From the human T2T-CHM13v2.0 reference genome, Homo sapiens, in the NCBI RefSeq assembly GCF_009914755.1, contig NC_060940.1: a stretch of DNA of 64,000 nt; one strand, written 5' to 3'. The notes under the pieces are model-generated. The model worked only from the letters and a program-made list of their open reading frames with translations. It was not told the origin of the DNA and did no database searches. This document shows positions 25,040 through 38,024 of this stretch, piece after piece (the first letter of the stretch is position 1; every line of letters begins with the position of its first letter). The position numbers were made by a program, and so were the translations under genes.

Positions 25040-25514
25040 ATCAGTCTTTTTAAAAGCATAACTAGAGTACCATTATCATACGTAAAACAAAAAGTGTTTT
25101 CTTAATGTCATCAAACATCTAGTCAGTGTCAAATATTTTCTATTTATCTTGCAAAGAGGTACGTGTGTGTTTTCTCTTTCTCTATTGTTTGAATTAAGGA
25201 CCAAATAAAGGGCATGACTTACTTTTTTAGCCTGTGGTTTCTTAAATGTTAAGTATCATTTTATCTAAGCTCCCCCAACCCCTACCACCACACAAGCACA
25301 TTTGGTTTTAGCTTTGAAATTTTTGCCAATTTTCTTTCTATGTTGTTAACAAAGGTGGGAATTAAAGCCAGAAGAATGATGACAGATATAGACAGCTAGG
25401 TAGGTAAACAGACAAAACTACATTATAAATATAATACTGCTGTGTACTTCCATTAGAAGGAACATAATGTTTGCTTGTTTCCATTTTTTTTTTGTGATAT
25501 TAACAACCATTAAT

Positions 25515-25730
25515 CTTTTATTTGTATTTTTTGAGACAGGTTCTCACTCTGTTGCCCAAGCTGGAGTGCAGTGGTGCAATCATAGCTCACTGCAGCCTAG
25601 AACTCCTGAGCTCAAGCCATCCTCCTGCCTCAGCCTCTTGAGTAATTAGGGCTACAGGAATGAGCCACCATGCCTAACTAATTTTCTTTACTTTTTGTAA
25701 AGAGAAGGTCTCACTATGTTGGTGAGTCTG
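25515..25730 (-). mobile_element. 5'-truncated AluJ
   Basis: Antisense right arm plus part of the left arm. Confidence 0.85.
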
Positions 25731-26220
25731 CTTATCATCTTTTTCTAGGTTTGTTATTATATAACTTATGACCAACAGTAATGGTTAGCTGAGAGAAGTC
25801 TTGGAAAGATACAGTCTTGGAAAGACAACTTGATATAACTTTGGGTTGATGAAAAACAGAAGTTAGACCACCCATAAACCACAAAATAACAGTCCCCATT
25901 GTTTGAGACACCTAGAACAATTTCTACCCAGCTAATAACTACTGTTTCACATGTATTAAGTTACATGGGCAGTTATAAACCAAGAAGCCATATTTCTTAC
26001 AACTGAATAATTTCCATTTCAATATTGGGCAAAATTGTCATCATTATAAAATTAGGCCTTTAACTATTCTAAGATTACATAGAAATTTCTTATGTTCATT
26101 CCTAAAATTTCTTTTTGAAATTATAACATTTATCTTTCTTATTTATAATGTTAGAAGTTACTTTTTCTATGTACCTATAAGAAGCATGAGTACTATAGAA
26201 AAATTAAAATGATGATAAAC

Positions 26221-26226
<6 letters not shown>

Positions 26227-26261
<35 letters not shown>
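26227..26261. repeat. (TAA)n microsatellite, about 11 units
   Basis: Read directly from the sequence. Confidence 0.95.
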
Positions 26262-26834
26262 GTTCCCAAATCTCACCTACCCAGAGATAGTTGTAGCTAT
26301 TTCATTTCCTTTCAGACATTTCCCATGCAAATAAATACATATAGAGATAAAACTTAATCTAAATGATAGCAGGTTCTTCTATATGAGTTAAAAAGATAGA
26401 TTTATAGACACTATTTCTTTGACCTTCTAACCAAAAGGATCCCCAGCCTTTCCCTGAAGAGGTAGACTTAAAAATTCATCCTGGAGCAAATCTTGAGGGT
26501 TCCACTTACTCACACTGATTTATGCCAGGCAGGTGATCCCTTAGAGAAAATATATGAAGAAAATCTTCATTTGGCTTATTAAAGTCCAGCACTCCTCCTT
26601 TGTTGAAATCTGAGAAGAGAGAACAATTTGCGTAAGAAGTGTAGGTTTTTGTTTTCTGATTTTGTTTTTCTTTACTTTTACGGAGTGGGAGCCGGGAGGG
26701 ATTGTAGACAGTAAACCTCTATCCCTCTCCCAAGTAAGAACATAGGTCAAGGAAGACCAATAAAGTCTCAAACAAGATAGCAGGTAAAGGCCAAAAGGCT
26801 CCTGAAATGGTCACCATAAGTGCAGAGAACAGGT

Positions 26835-26988
26835 AGGGCTATGTGGGCATGTGACTTGTGCAGTCACACAGGGTTCTGGTCTCATACTTGCTTTCATGTG
26901 CTGCTCTTGAAATTCTTAATAATTTCTAAACAAGACGTTCTGCCATTTTATTTTGCACTGGGTCTTGCAAGTTATGTAGCTGGTTCTG
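26835..26988 (+). mobile_element. MER91A-like hAT-Tip100 MITE
   Basis: tgtgcagtcacacaggg...cttgaaattcttaataattt...ttttgcactgggtcttgcaagttatgtagctggttctg. Confidence 0.75.
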
Positions 26989-27765
26989 GGAGATAAAAAT
27001 GAGATTAGTGAGCTGGTGTTGGCAATGAAAAAGAGCCATGAAGGGGCTGTGTTAGTCTGAGTGCAGAAGTAGGAGACAGGGAAAGCATGCTTTCTGCTGA
27101 AAACTTATCCCCTTAGTGGTGGTTGTGTGAGTCTATATTCTCCTGTTTTTTTGTTTTTGTTTTAGTTTTTTTTTTGGTGGGTGGGGGGGGGGGTCATGGT
27201 GCTATATGTGTTCATGATGAAAAAATTAGTCTCTGATAAAAGTCATACTTGTATATAAAGGGGGCACCTGCCAAGACATGGGACTACCTTGACTGAGAGT
27301 AACATACTGAGTTATTGTCTTTTCCTGAATAACTATAAATTGATGGAAGAGGTTCTGCCTTTGTTTTGGAACCTGGGATGCCTGGGCCAGTCATTCTACT
27401 CCACACTAGTGGAGTAGACAGTTTCTGCTTCTTTCCAGGTTTTTCTCTGCTTTTTTTCTGTTGATTTCAACCCATAAAAGCTGCTCCTAAGTGTAGGGCC
27501 TAACTCTCCTTTCCTGGATGTTCATAAGGTTTCAAAGTTTAAAACCTATTGTGATCATAACAGTGGCCTTGAGTCCCATGGAAATGGAAAGTAAAAAAGA
27601 CAAACACTCTTTGACTCATAAAAACACATGCTAGCATTCAGGATGCTTGTATCACTGCCTGCACATGGAGATAAATGTTAACAATGGGTTGTTTTCCACT
27701 GCACAGACAAGAGCACAAGAATTTCACAGGTATTCTTATGAAATCACAAGAGTAGTTTGGAGACA

Positions 27766-28076
27766 GGCTGGGTGCAGTGGCTCATGCCAGCACTTTGGGA
27801 GGCCAAGGCGGGCAGATCACCTGAGGTCAGTAGTTCGAGACCAGCCTGGCCAGCATGGTGAAACCCCATCTCTACTAAAAATACAAAAGTTAGCCAGGCG
27901 TGGTGGTGCCCACCTGTAGTCCCAGATAACTAGGGAGGCTGAGGCAGGAGAATCACTTGAACCCAGGAGGCAGAGGTTGCAGTGAGCTGAGATCATGCCA
28001 CTGTACTCCAGCCTGGGCGACAGAGCAAGACTCTGTCTCAAACAAAAAGAAAAAAGAAAAAAAAAATAGAAAAAAG
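27766..28076 (+). mobile_element. AluS (Sx/Sz-like)
   Basis: Sense Alu. 17-bp TSD aagagta[g/c]tttggagac at 27748-27764 and 28077-28093. Small deletion (tgtaatcc) near the 5' end. Confidence 0.95.
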
Positions 28077-28204
28077 AAGAGTACTTTGGAGACTTGGCTA
28101 GGGCTCTATTAGATTTTTATCACAATTGGAAAGTTGATCCTGTGATCTGTATTCTAGGTTAGCTAAGAACATATAAGTTATATCCCACATTTTCCAAATA
28201 CTAA

Positions 28205-28671
28205 TGAAGTAATCAAAGAAAAAAATTTTTCCTGAAGAATGAAAGTCCTTTTAATTATCAGACATAGAGAGACATTAAAATGAGACTGCAATCACACCCT
28301 ACTGCCCACTTAGAGCTATGTATTCATCTCTTGAAACTGCTTGCTATTGCCACAAGTAGCTATAAATTAACATGATAATGCCACACTGGACACTATACCC
28401 CATACCCAATAGCTTAACAATGTATAGCCAATTGCTAACCAGTGTTATTTCTGTAAACCAACGAGATTTCCTGGCAAGAAATTTTGTATCAGCACATTCC
28501 CTCCCCCTGCCTTTTTTTTTCCTTTAAAAATCCACTCGTAACTGCTGCTAATCTGAGTGTATATTCAGAGCAACTTCAATCTATGATCTCAGGTTGCAAT
28601 ACTCAAACTTTGCTCAAATAAACTCTCTGCTTATATTAATTTGGCCTCAGCTTCTTCCTTTTAGATAGACA
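28205..28671 (+). mobile_element. ERV1 MER4-group solo LTR (LTR24-like; subfamily uncertain)
   Basis: gaaactgcttgctattgccacaagtagctataaattaac...ccaat boxes...cctttaaaaatcc...caaataaactctct...ttagatagaca: CCAAT, TATA-like element, poly(A) signal and CA end in the expected order. Confidence 0.65.
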
Positions 28672-29209
28672 GAAGGAATCTGTATTACATAATCTATGTG
28701 AATAACAATGATAACATTGCAATATGCACACTGTTCTGTATCTTGGTTAAAAAATAGTTTAAGAATATATTGTGAATTACTTTGAAAGTCACTGCAGGGC
28801 TAAATCATATATTTCTTTTATGGCTACATAGTTTCTTGTGGTATGGTGCCATAATTGCAATAATTGTTATCGTTTCTGCCATGTACACTGTGTCTGTTTT
28901 TTTCATTTGGTCAATAAGTATTTATTGAGTCCATGACCTTGGCCATGAGAATAGAGATTGAATAAATGAAACACTTTTTCTGACTATAGAGTTTAGATGC
29001 TCTTAGGTAGAAAATCAGAGCTACACCACCATAAAATACCTGCATGTGGATATTGTTTTTGAAGCATTTGAAATAACAGTAAAAACACATTCTGAATGGG
29101 TTTAAACTGCTTAGGGGTATACTGACAACATATTTTAAGGGAAACAAATTTTCCATACATAAATATGTCATTAGCAACTAGACTTTATTTACTTATGTAT
29201 ATATTAATA

Positions 29210-30923
29210 TATTTTTAAGTTTTATTGTAATGATACATAATTGTGCATATTTATGGGGGTGCAGTGTGATGTTTTGATACATGTGTACACTGTATAATGA
29301 TCAAATCAAGATAAATAGCGAATTCATCAACTCAAATATATATCATTTATTTGTGATGAGAATATTCAAAATCCTTTCTTCTAGATATTTTGAGGTATAC
29401 ATGTTTATTGTTTGTTGCAGGAAGTCAGGGCCCCCAAATGGAGGGACCGGCTGAAGCCATGGCAGAATAACATAAATTGTGAAGATTTCTTGGACACTTA
29501 TTAGTTCCCCAAATTAATACTTTTATAATTTCTTAAGCCTGTCTTTACTGCAGTCTCTGAACATAAATTGTGAAGATTTCATGGACATTTGTCAGTTCCC
29601 CAATCAACGCTCTTATAATTTCCTATGCCTGTCTTTACTTTAATCCCATCATCTTCATAAGCTGAGGATATGTGTTGCCTCAAGACCCTGTGATGATTGC
29701 GTTATCTGCAGAAATTGTTTGTAAAGCATGTGTGTTTGAACAATATGAAATCTGGGCACCTTGAAAAGGAACAGAATAACAGCGATTTTCAGGGAACAAG
29801 GGAGATAACCATAAGGTCTGACTGCCTGCGGGGCCAGGCAGAACAAAGTCATATTTCTCTTCTTGCAGAAAGCAAACAGGAGAAATATCACTGAATTCTT
29901 TTCTCAGCAAGGAATAGCCCTGGGAAAGGAAAGCATTCCCAGGGGGAGGTCTCTAAAATGGCCGCTCTGGGAGTGTCTGTCTTATGCGGTTGAAGATAAG
30001 GGATGAAGTATGCCCTGGTCTCCTGCAACACGCTCAGGCTTGCTAGGATTAGGAAATTCCAGCCTGGCAAATTCTAGTCAAACCCTTTGTCTGCTCTGGA
30101 ACCCAGTTTCCTGTTAAGATGTTTATCGATGACAATGCGTGCCCAGCGGGACATGGAACCTCATCAGTAGTTCTAATTTTGCCCTGGCCTTGTGATCTTG
30201 TTCTGCCATTTGCCTGGTGATCTTTTATTGCCCTAGGAAGCATGTGATCTCTGTGACCCACTCCCTATTCATACCCCTCTCGCCTTTTGAAATCCCTAAT
30301 AAAAACTTGCTGGTTTTGCAGCTCAGGTGGGCATCACGGAACCTACCAATAGGTGATGTCACCCCTGGAGTCCCAGCCATAAAATTTCTCTCTTTTGTAC
30401 TCTTTCTCTTTATTTCTCAGACCGGCCGACACTTAGGGAAAATAGAAAAGAACCTAAGTTGAAATATTGGGGGCTGGTTCCCCCAATAATTGTTATAGTT
30501 ATTCAATTATGCAACAGAATAATGATAACTTTATGTCTGTTGACCAACCTTTTCCCATCATTCCTACCCTCTACTTTTCCCAACCTCTGGTAATTACCAT
30601 TCAACTCTCTACTTTTATGAAGTCAACTATTTGAGATTCCACATATGAGTGAGGTTATATAGTATTTGTCTCTTTGTGTCTGACTTATTTTACATAACAT
30701 AATGTTCTCCAGAATCATCCACATTGTTCTGACAAGATTTCATCTTTTTTAATGGCTGAATAGTATTGATTGTGAATATATGCCACATTTTTTGAGTCAC
30801 CTATTGGGTGATGGAGACTTCTGTTGATTCCATATCTTGACTATTATAAATACAGCTGAAATAAACATGGGGGTGAAGATATCTCCTTGACAAGCTGATT
30901 TTATTTTCTTTAAATATATACCA
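29210..30923 (-). mobile_element. L1MA 3' fragment, split by a MER11 LTR
   Basis: gatacataattgtgcatatttatggggg... and gattccacatatgagtgag...aatggctgaatagtatt...ataaacatgggggtgaagatatctc are L1MA 3' sequence in antisense. Confidence 0.85.
29413..30488 (+). mobile_element. MER11 solo LTR (HERV-K11/HML-8), MER11A/B-like
   Basis: Starts tgttgcaggaagtcaggg and ends ggttcccccaata. The U3 block acataaattgtgaagatttc is duplicated. Exact 6-bp TSD attgtt at 29407-29412 and 30489-30494. Confidence 0.93.
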
Positions 30924-33900
30924 TTAATAAGGTTTTGACATTACTCTAGACATTTACATTGCTTCTTTTTTTTTGTCATTGTAAATAACTCTGACTAACT
31001 AAAGAGCAAAGGTTAGAGCTCACTTTATTATCATCTTCCTGGAAGTCAGTGAAAGGAGAGAAACCGAATTATGTTAGTCTTGTTTGTTAAGGAAAAAAAA
31101 AAATAAAAGTGACAAATCCATTAAGAAGAAAATAATTTCCCCAGACTTGAATATTGAAAGAAACTTACGGGATGAATCTGCATAGAAAAGAAAAGTACCA
31201 CATACAAGTGATGTCTTCAGAAGAAGTTTCATTAATTTTACTGAAAAGGTGAAGAAAATTTAAGTGCTTAACTTTTTTTCCTCTTGCCGAGATCATAGTG
31301 CTGTAAGGACTACAAAAAATTGACCAATAATTATTTCTAAAAGCAAGTCATCAAAAATCTTACAGTATTTGAATGTAGTCTGTTATTCTGTACCACACAA
31401 CTCTGTACAGATAAGCTTAAAGCTTTTAAAAGGAAGATGATAACAAATGAGTGATTACGGCCTTGGAATAAGCCTTGGCTAGAAATTGGATTTTGTATCC
31501 TCTGCCAACAGCCTCATAAACATCAAATATGTGTTCATATTCCTTATGCATTTTCATAGTACCAACAGCGGGGAAAAAAGCCCAAAGAAATGGAATGAAC
31601 CAGCAGAAAGCAAACAAACAATAAGAATTTTTTTCACCTTTGCTATAATAACAAACTTTGTTATAATTTTGAAGACACCATGCAGTTGGGATTTGTTGCA
31701 AGCACAAGTTTCTTGAACAGTATTTTCACCACAGAGGACAAATGAGCTGTTTATGAAGTAGAAAAATTAGGGAGACATTTTTATATTGCAAAAATCTACT
31801 TTTCTTGTCAGGGTTTTTCTTGGTAATGGTTGTTTCTGATTAACTCAAGAGTAAGGGAAATGTATTAGGCAGATATGGGATAGACCACACAATCTAGATG
31901 GCCAGAGAGTCAGTCTTGGGAAGTGGATAATAGTCAGAGAAGGCTTGATGATCAGATAACAGCCAAAGCCATGCTTTGGGAAAGGACTAATTGCCACCCC
32001 CTCTAGTGCCACCATGGTAGCACAGACCCTGCTACCCTAGACAGTGAGGTTGCTTCTGTCCTTTCCAGAACAATTCAGCTCCCTGCTCTTTTGGGTCACC
32101 CCTTTCAGACTCAAAGTCTTGGGCAGAAACGCTTAATCTCTTAAACGTAGGTTTCATGCTTATTTTCTGGCTACTAAGAATCACGGTAAAAAGCAAATGT
32201 TTGGGCATTTTTGGCTTCTATACTAGAAGTTAGTTGTGTTTGCCAGGAAGGAAGGAAGGAAGGACGGGAGGGAAGGAGGGAGGGAGGGACAGAGGCAGGG
32301 AGGGAGGAAGAGAAAGAGAGAACACAAATTTTTAAAAAAGTTAAAAAAATGTTTAAATACCACGTACCAAAAGATGAGTTGGTGAGGATAAATGCCCACT
32401 GTAGTTAAGAGACTGAGTTTCCGAGAAGCTTTCCTAGTTGGCCCAAATTCCTGCTCTAAGCTACCTCCCTACCCTGCACTCTCTCCAATAGAGTCTCTAG
32501 AGTCTCTCCACATGGTCTCTAGAGTGACACTTCATGGGTCTGTTTCTTGGGCCAAGACAGCAAACTTCAAAGGTGGGGAGGAAGGACTTCATTTGTAGGC
32601 AATATAGTATAGGGTAAAGAACATGCATACTGATTAAGACAGCACAGAAATTTGAGGAAGTCTCTCTATCTCACTGAATCACAGTTTGCTCATCATCAGT
32701 TTCAGTGGTGACACTAACACTTCCTTTACTGTTCTAAAGTACTCACTGTCTGAAGAGGAACAGTACAATACTGAAGCTTTTTAATTGAATAAGCCAGGCA
32801 TTATTGTGGCTCTCAAGTTTTATTGTCAGTTCTGTGGTTTATGTAATCTCTTTACAATACCTTTTTTTTTTCACTTAAATAAAACTGGCGTTTCTGTTAT
32901 TTTTATTGTCATTGTTTTTGTTGTTTTTATTTGCAATCAAGCTACTCAGGGCAGATATGCCCCCTCCCTTTCATTTATTATTGAAAATCAAATCATCTTT
33001 GAAGATGGCTTCATCATATCTTTTCCATGAAACCCCTTCTCTTTCAGATATAATTACTGAGATCTTACATTTGTTAGCTTTATATCTTATTCAAACCTCT
33101 GTCACAATAACTTTAACACTTCTTTGCATTCTATTTATTTTCACGTCTGAGTTCCTTAAGAGCAAAACTCTGACCCACTTTTATATTCTCAACATCTAGC
33201 TTAGGCTCTGGCAAATAGGCTGTGCATAAATGCTTACTGAACCAATGGGAAGTTATGAATTTATATGTCACCCGTGCCTAGCATAGTGCTTGGCACTTAG
33301 ATGGTGTCAAGGACTGTTCCCTGAATAAAGGGAGAAAGCTCTGCTTAATTGAGCTAACAGTCATCCTCACCTTTCTGTGAAACATGCATAGATGTTTGCA
33401 ATCCATTGCTTTAACTAGTTGACTGAAATAACTGTTTATCCTTGGTGTCTTTAGGTAATCATACATTTCTTGGATACAGTGAATACATTTTAAGTCCTGG
33501 GTCCACCCTGAAAAGCATAATACATCCTGTGGTGTTGCTATACATGGTAATTGAATCTAATTTAATAAGTGTCAGAATTCGAACATCATGTATTTTCTAT
33601 CCTAGAGAATTAAACATATACCACAGAAGAAACAAAAATCTCTCCTTGCGAGCCCATAATTCCTGCTTTATGCTATAAAGGCAAGATTTGCCAATTACAA
33701 AGCATCACATTGCAGCAGCATTGTCTTTTTTTCAAACTAATACAAATGTCTTTATCACTATTGAAATGCTAAAAAGTACTTTTAAAATGAATATTTGTAA
33801 GAAAACATCAAGCTTTGAGATAAAAAAGAGGAATGGAAATCTATAGCATTTCACAAATAGACTCGACATAATTTTAACCACAGACTAAAATAATTGAGTT

Positions 33901-34199
33901 AGGAAGTTTTGCTATTTTTCTTATCAAGGCCATATTCTAGAAAACAAAGTTATTAAATATAAAAATCATCATTCAATAATATAGAGAAAATATAACACAT
34001 GCTTTTATATATTCTAAGAAAATTTTAACAATAAAAAACTGAAAAGAAATTATTTTCACAAGAATAATTTTCAAAGATTGCTTTAGTTTCACACTGTTAG
34101 ACATATACAGAGAAGAATGAAGCCATCTAATACATTCAGACCTCAAAGGTGGATACTTGTGTTTCACAAATAAGCAGTTCATTTAGAATTGATCCAAAA

Positions 34200-35270
34200 C
34201 CATCGAATATATGTCATATTTGATGTTTCAATTGCTCACTTAAAATAAAAATTGGAAAATATAATAATTCTTTGACTTTAGTTCACACCTGCCATTATTG
34301 GGTGACATTTTAAATTATATATTTGTCATTCTTTTCCTTGCCTTTTGTTGCATAAATAGATTAAGCTATGTAAAGAGAATACATTTTAAATCTTAGGTAT
34401 TTTCTTTGAGGAGATTTCCATATTTGTCATTTCATTTTAATTTTTAGTAATAGCAGTTATGAATAAAACATTTAAAAATACATAGGACATACAATTTCAA
34501 TTCTGTCTCAATCTCTCTCTCTTCCTCCTCCCTACCTCATCCCAATACAGTCATTTCCCAGGTTGTCAAAAGATGGATGGCTTCCAGGGTTAGTTTGTCA
34601 TAAACGGTAAGATCAAACCAATAGGAAAAAAAAATACAATAAACTTGTGCACCGAGCCAGGTGATGCAAAAGTCAGCCGCAGTTTCTCCAATGTAATCTG
34701 ACAGAACTCATTTATCTCCTTGTTGAGCTGGCCATGCTATCACATGGCATGATTTTCCACCATGTTCCTACCTCTGGCCCAGACGCCCACCTGCTGAGGG
34801 AGCCAAGGAGGCTAGAGAACATCCAGATGTATTCCAAAATGAACTTGACTTTTAGGAGCTTCTAAAAAAGAAGGCTTCTCTGCTCCTATCTCTGCCAAAG
34901 AGCTGTCATTTTATTGGAAAGTTAAATCTGTCACAAGGAAAGAAAATTTCACCATAGCCTGTTTAAATAAGTTAGGGAGTAGAATCTTCTCCCCATTGCT
35001 TTTTCCACAGCAAGCAAATGTATCAATCATTTTATTCTCTAAAATAACAATTTATTATCCATGCAGGAGGCCTTAGATTCAATCTGCACAGTGTTCTGAG
35101 TGTCGCATCAGATACGAAGTTCTGTCATCAGTCTTTATTAGGGCAATCACTCTGCACTTGTCATCAGTTTTTAATAATAAAACTATTACCTCAATAATTA
35201 TTTATGACAAGAAGTCTGCCATTGGCATTATGAATAAATATTGATAAATTGCTTGGTTAATAAACTAGTA
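34200..35270. promoter_or_regulatory. Candidate developmental enhancer (MEIS/PBX/HOX motif cluster in a TE-free island)
   Basis: 12 TGACA/TGTCA sites in 1 kb, TGATTGAT on the minus strand (35022-35029), TTTATGACA twice and TTTTATTGG. Motif evidence only. Confidence 0.4.
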
Positions 35271-35550
35271 CTTTTTAAGTGGCTTGGAGAATATGAAAAT
35301 GAGAGTGGTATTATTACAATGAATTATTACAAGAAATTGTGAAATGTTTATCTTTTATTGAAAAGATTACATTTGCCCAACAGGAATTCCAGGAAAAGAA
35401 CATGGGAAATCTAATTGATAAAAGAACAAAGATTCAATATGAAACATTGATATAATACACACATATAATATAAACATACTATATATGTGTGTGTGTGTAT
35501 ATATATATCTATATAAAATAAATTAAAGATTTGGAAACTATATAAAAAAC

Positions 35551-35834
35551 TTTTTTTTTTTTTGAGACAGAGTCTCACTCTGTTGCCCAGGCTGGAGTGC
35601 AGTGGCATGATCTTAGCTCACTGCACCCCTGCCTCCTGGGTTCAAGCAATTCTCCTTCCTCAGCCTCTCGAGTAGCTGGGATTACAGAGCCTGCCACAAC
35701 GCCTGGCTGATTTTTGTATTTTTAGTTAGAGATAGAGTTTCGCCATTTTGGCCAGGCTGGTTTTGAACTCCTGACGTCAGGTGATCCGCCTCCTAAAGTG
35801 CTGGGATTACAGGCATGAGCCACTGCACCCGGCC
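35551..35834 (-). mobile_element. AluS
   Basis: Antisense Alu. TSD-like aaaac followed by a T-run on both sides. Confidence 0.95.
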
Positions 35835-36369
35835 AAAACTTTTTTTTTTTTAGTTGAGATCAGCTCCTAAGAGCCACATTCTTTTTAAGTGCCTTTTATG
35901 ACAGGCTAGACACACGAATTTGAAATGGGAGTCTGAAATAGCATTAAATCTCATCCTCTGATGAGTTGCTGGGAAAACATGGATATAATCTTTACTTACA
36001 GAGATTATATCCCTTGGGCCAATTTTCTGGAAATCACAAAGGACTCAAAGCATGACTAACAGTTACCTGGTCCCTGATGCTGGATAATAGGATATTTAAC
36101 TTAAAAGTCAGAGTAGCAACAAAGCCACTTCTATGGAAGGGAGCTGGTACAGGCCTCCTGGCCATTTTGATGGCATGGCATAGTGGGTGCAAATGAAAAA
36201 TAGAAGCTAGAGGAGAAGAAATTAGGCAAGGTTAGAAAATATTGTGTTAGAAAAGTACAGGTAAAGCTAGGACCCTCTATGGGAACTTACTGAACAGAAA
36301 TCATAAATTCCATCCAGGCCATGTTCAACTTAGGCTCCTGAAGATGGAGGAAAACAGAAGAATGAAGCT

Positions 36370-36790
36370 CTAGGAATGCAAGCTCAAAAAGCACTGAGAA
36401 ACAAGGATTTACATGCAAATAGATGATTTGGAAGGTGATCCCAGTAAGCTCAGTAAGGGGATAGGGAAGTGAGACAGGGAGAGAAAGGAGGTCAATGGAG
36501 GGTAGTGACCAGTTATTGAGGGGGAGAATTGAGATTCACTCTTAATGGAGAACTCCAGGGGACAGTCTAGACAGAAAATGCCTCAAAGTTGATCCAACTG
36601 AGAGATAAGGAAGCTGGGCTGTTTGTCCTCAAAATCCCAGCCATTTGTTGGGCTGCTATGGAGGAAGACACTGCTGGTCTGCCATAGAAGAAACCCAGTG
36701 GTGTAGAATTACAGAGACTTACAGTTGGATACTGTAGACATGTACCGAAATGGTGAGTGACAGGAAACGGGGAGTGAACCAACAGCTTAT
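36370..36790 (-). mobile_element. Old ERVL LTR (LTR16-like)
   Basis: cactgagaaacaaggatttacatgcaaatagatgatttggaaggtgatcccag...gggaagtgagacaggga...aggaagctgggctgttt. Confidence 0.55.
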
Positions 36791-36901
36791 TTTACAATGG
36801 AACAACTGAAAATAACAAAAATTGCGTTTTTCCAAAAGGTTGATGGGATCAAAAAATAACCCTATGTACATAAGAGGCATGAAGGAAACAATGAAGAGGC
36901 A

Positions 36902-37228
36902 TAGTCATACGTAGCTTAAAGATGGAGATAGATTCTAAGAAACATATCCTTGGGTGATTTTGTCATTGTGTGCACAGCATAGAGTGTACTTACAGAAACC
37001 TAGTGACATAGCCTACTACACACGTAGGCTATGTAGTATATCCTATTGTTCCTAAAGTGCATGTTACCGTACTGAAAACTGTAGGTAATTGTAATACAGT
37101 GGTATTTGTATATCTAAGCATATCTAAACATAGAAGGGTACAGTAAAAATATGGTATTATAATCTTATGGGACCACCATTACATATGTGGTCTGTCATTG
37201 ACTGAAACGTTACTCTGCAAATGATTCT
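36902..37228 (+). mobile_element. Tigger3a (MER7A/Golem) MITE
   Basis: catagagtgtacttacagaaacctag...gcctactacacacgtaggctat...ggtacagtaaaaatatggtattataatcttatgggaccacc...ttgactgaaacgt. Confidence 0.85.
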
Positions 37229-38024
37229 ATCATGAATGGGGCTTTCTCTTCAATGTCTTGGAAGGAGATGGTGTAATTCAAGTAATTCAATTAAAGGTAT
37301 GCATAAAGAATGGTTGTAGAAGAGCAGCAAATGGAAACTTGATCATGGGCAGAGAATTTAGAAAATGGTTAGGCACTCAGGCTAAGGCATTAATCTGCCT
37401 GGGTTGAATCCCAGCTTTAAAAGTTATTTTCTATAACCTTGGGCAAATGATCACTTCTCAGCTAGATTATGCAGAGGATTAAATAAAATATGTAACAGAA
37501 AGTAAGTTCAGTACCTGATCCTTCACTGATACTCAGTAATGTTAGCTAAATTATTATAACTAAATATGTCCTGGCAGATCCATGATTAATTATGAACATT
37601 GAGCTCTGAGGTTGTCTGGATATCCACCCTCACACTAGATGGTTTGGAGGAATATTTTGCAGGAAAGAACTCGTGTATTCTGCAGACCCCCACTGATATT
37701 TGGGACAGTTAGTGGGAGGGTTAAGTGGGGAAATTCTTTAAAAGTCTAGGGTGGGTGAGTTAATAACTGGAGAAAGTAAATGGATTGTCTAAAGCTGTAT
37801 TGACTCAATGATTTACATAATGATCTTTATATTAATGATAACTTTATATCTAGTTTTTGAAACTCATTTAATTTTTTAATTATATCTCATGTACTAGGCA
37901 TTATATAGGGTGCTGGGAATATAGCAGACATGTCCTCTGCCCTCAGATAAGCTACAATGTAGTGGTTCAAGACAGACAGTGAGCCAGTGATTAAAAGAAT
38001 GAAAGTGGAAGGAAGAGTAATGTG

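Larger units (their letters stand above)
23030..25215 (-). mobile_element. Old L1MC-type 3' UTR fragment (23030-23244 and 25040-25215), interrupted by an Alu and MER52
   Basis: aatagtataatgaactccca...ttattttgaagccaattccagatatcat resumes with cataactagagtaccattatcatac...cttaatgtcatcaaacatctagtcagtg. Confidence 0.55.

Noticed and set aside
23398-25059. Cluster of overlapping ORFs, and a possible CpG island
   Set aside because: All lie in the GC-rich MER52 LTR or the adjacent Alu. Stops are rare for compositional reasons and most CpGs have decayed to TG/CA.
27396-27417. 9-bp hairpin ctactccac-acta-gtggagtag (and an 8-bp one at ~48242-48262)
   Set aside because: Short stems like these are expected by chance. 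Bacterial-style terminators are irrelevant in primate DNA.
31990-32012. CTCF-like site (reverse gcactagaggggg) in an old LTR-like fragment, and ccactagaggagg at ~58939
   Set aside because: Both miss key core positions and are too weak to call from sequence alone.
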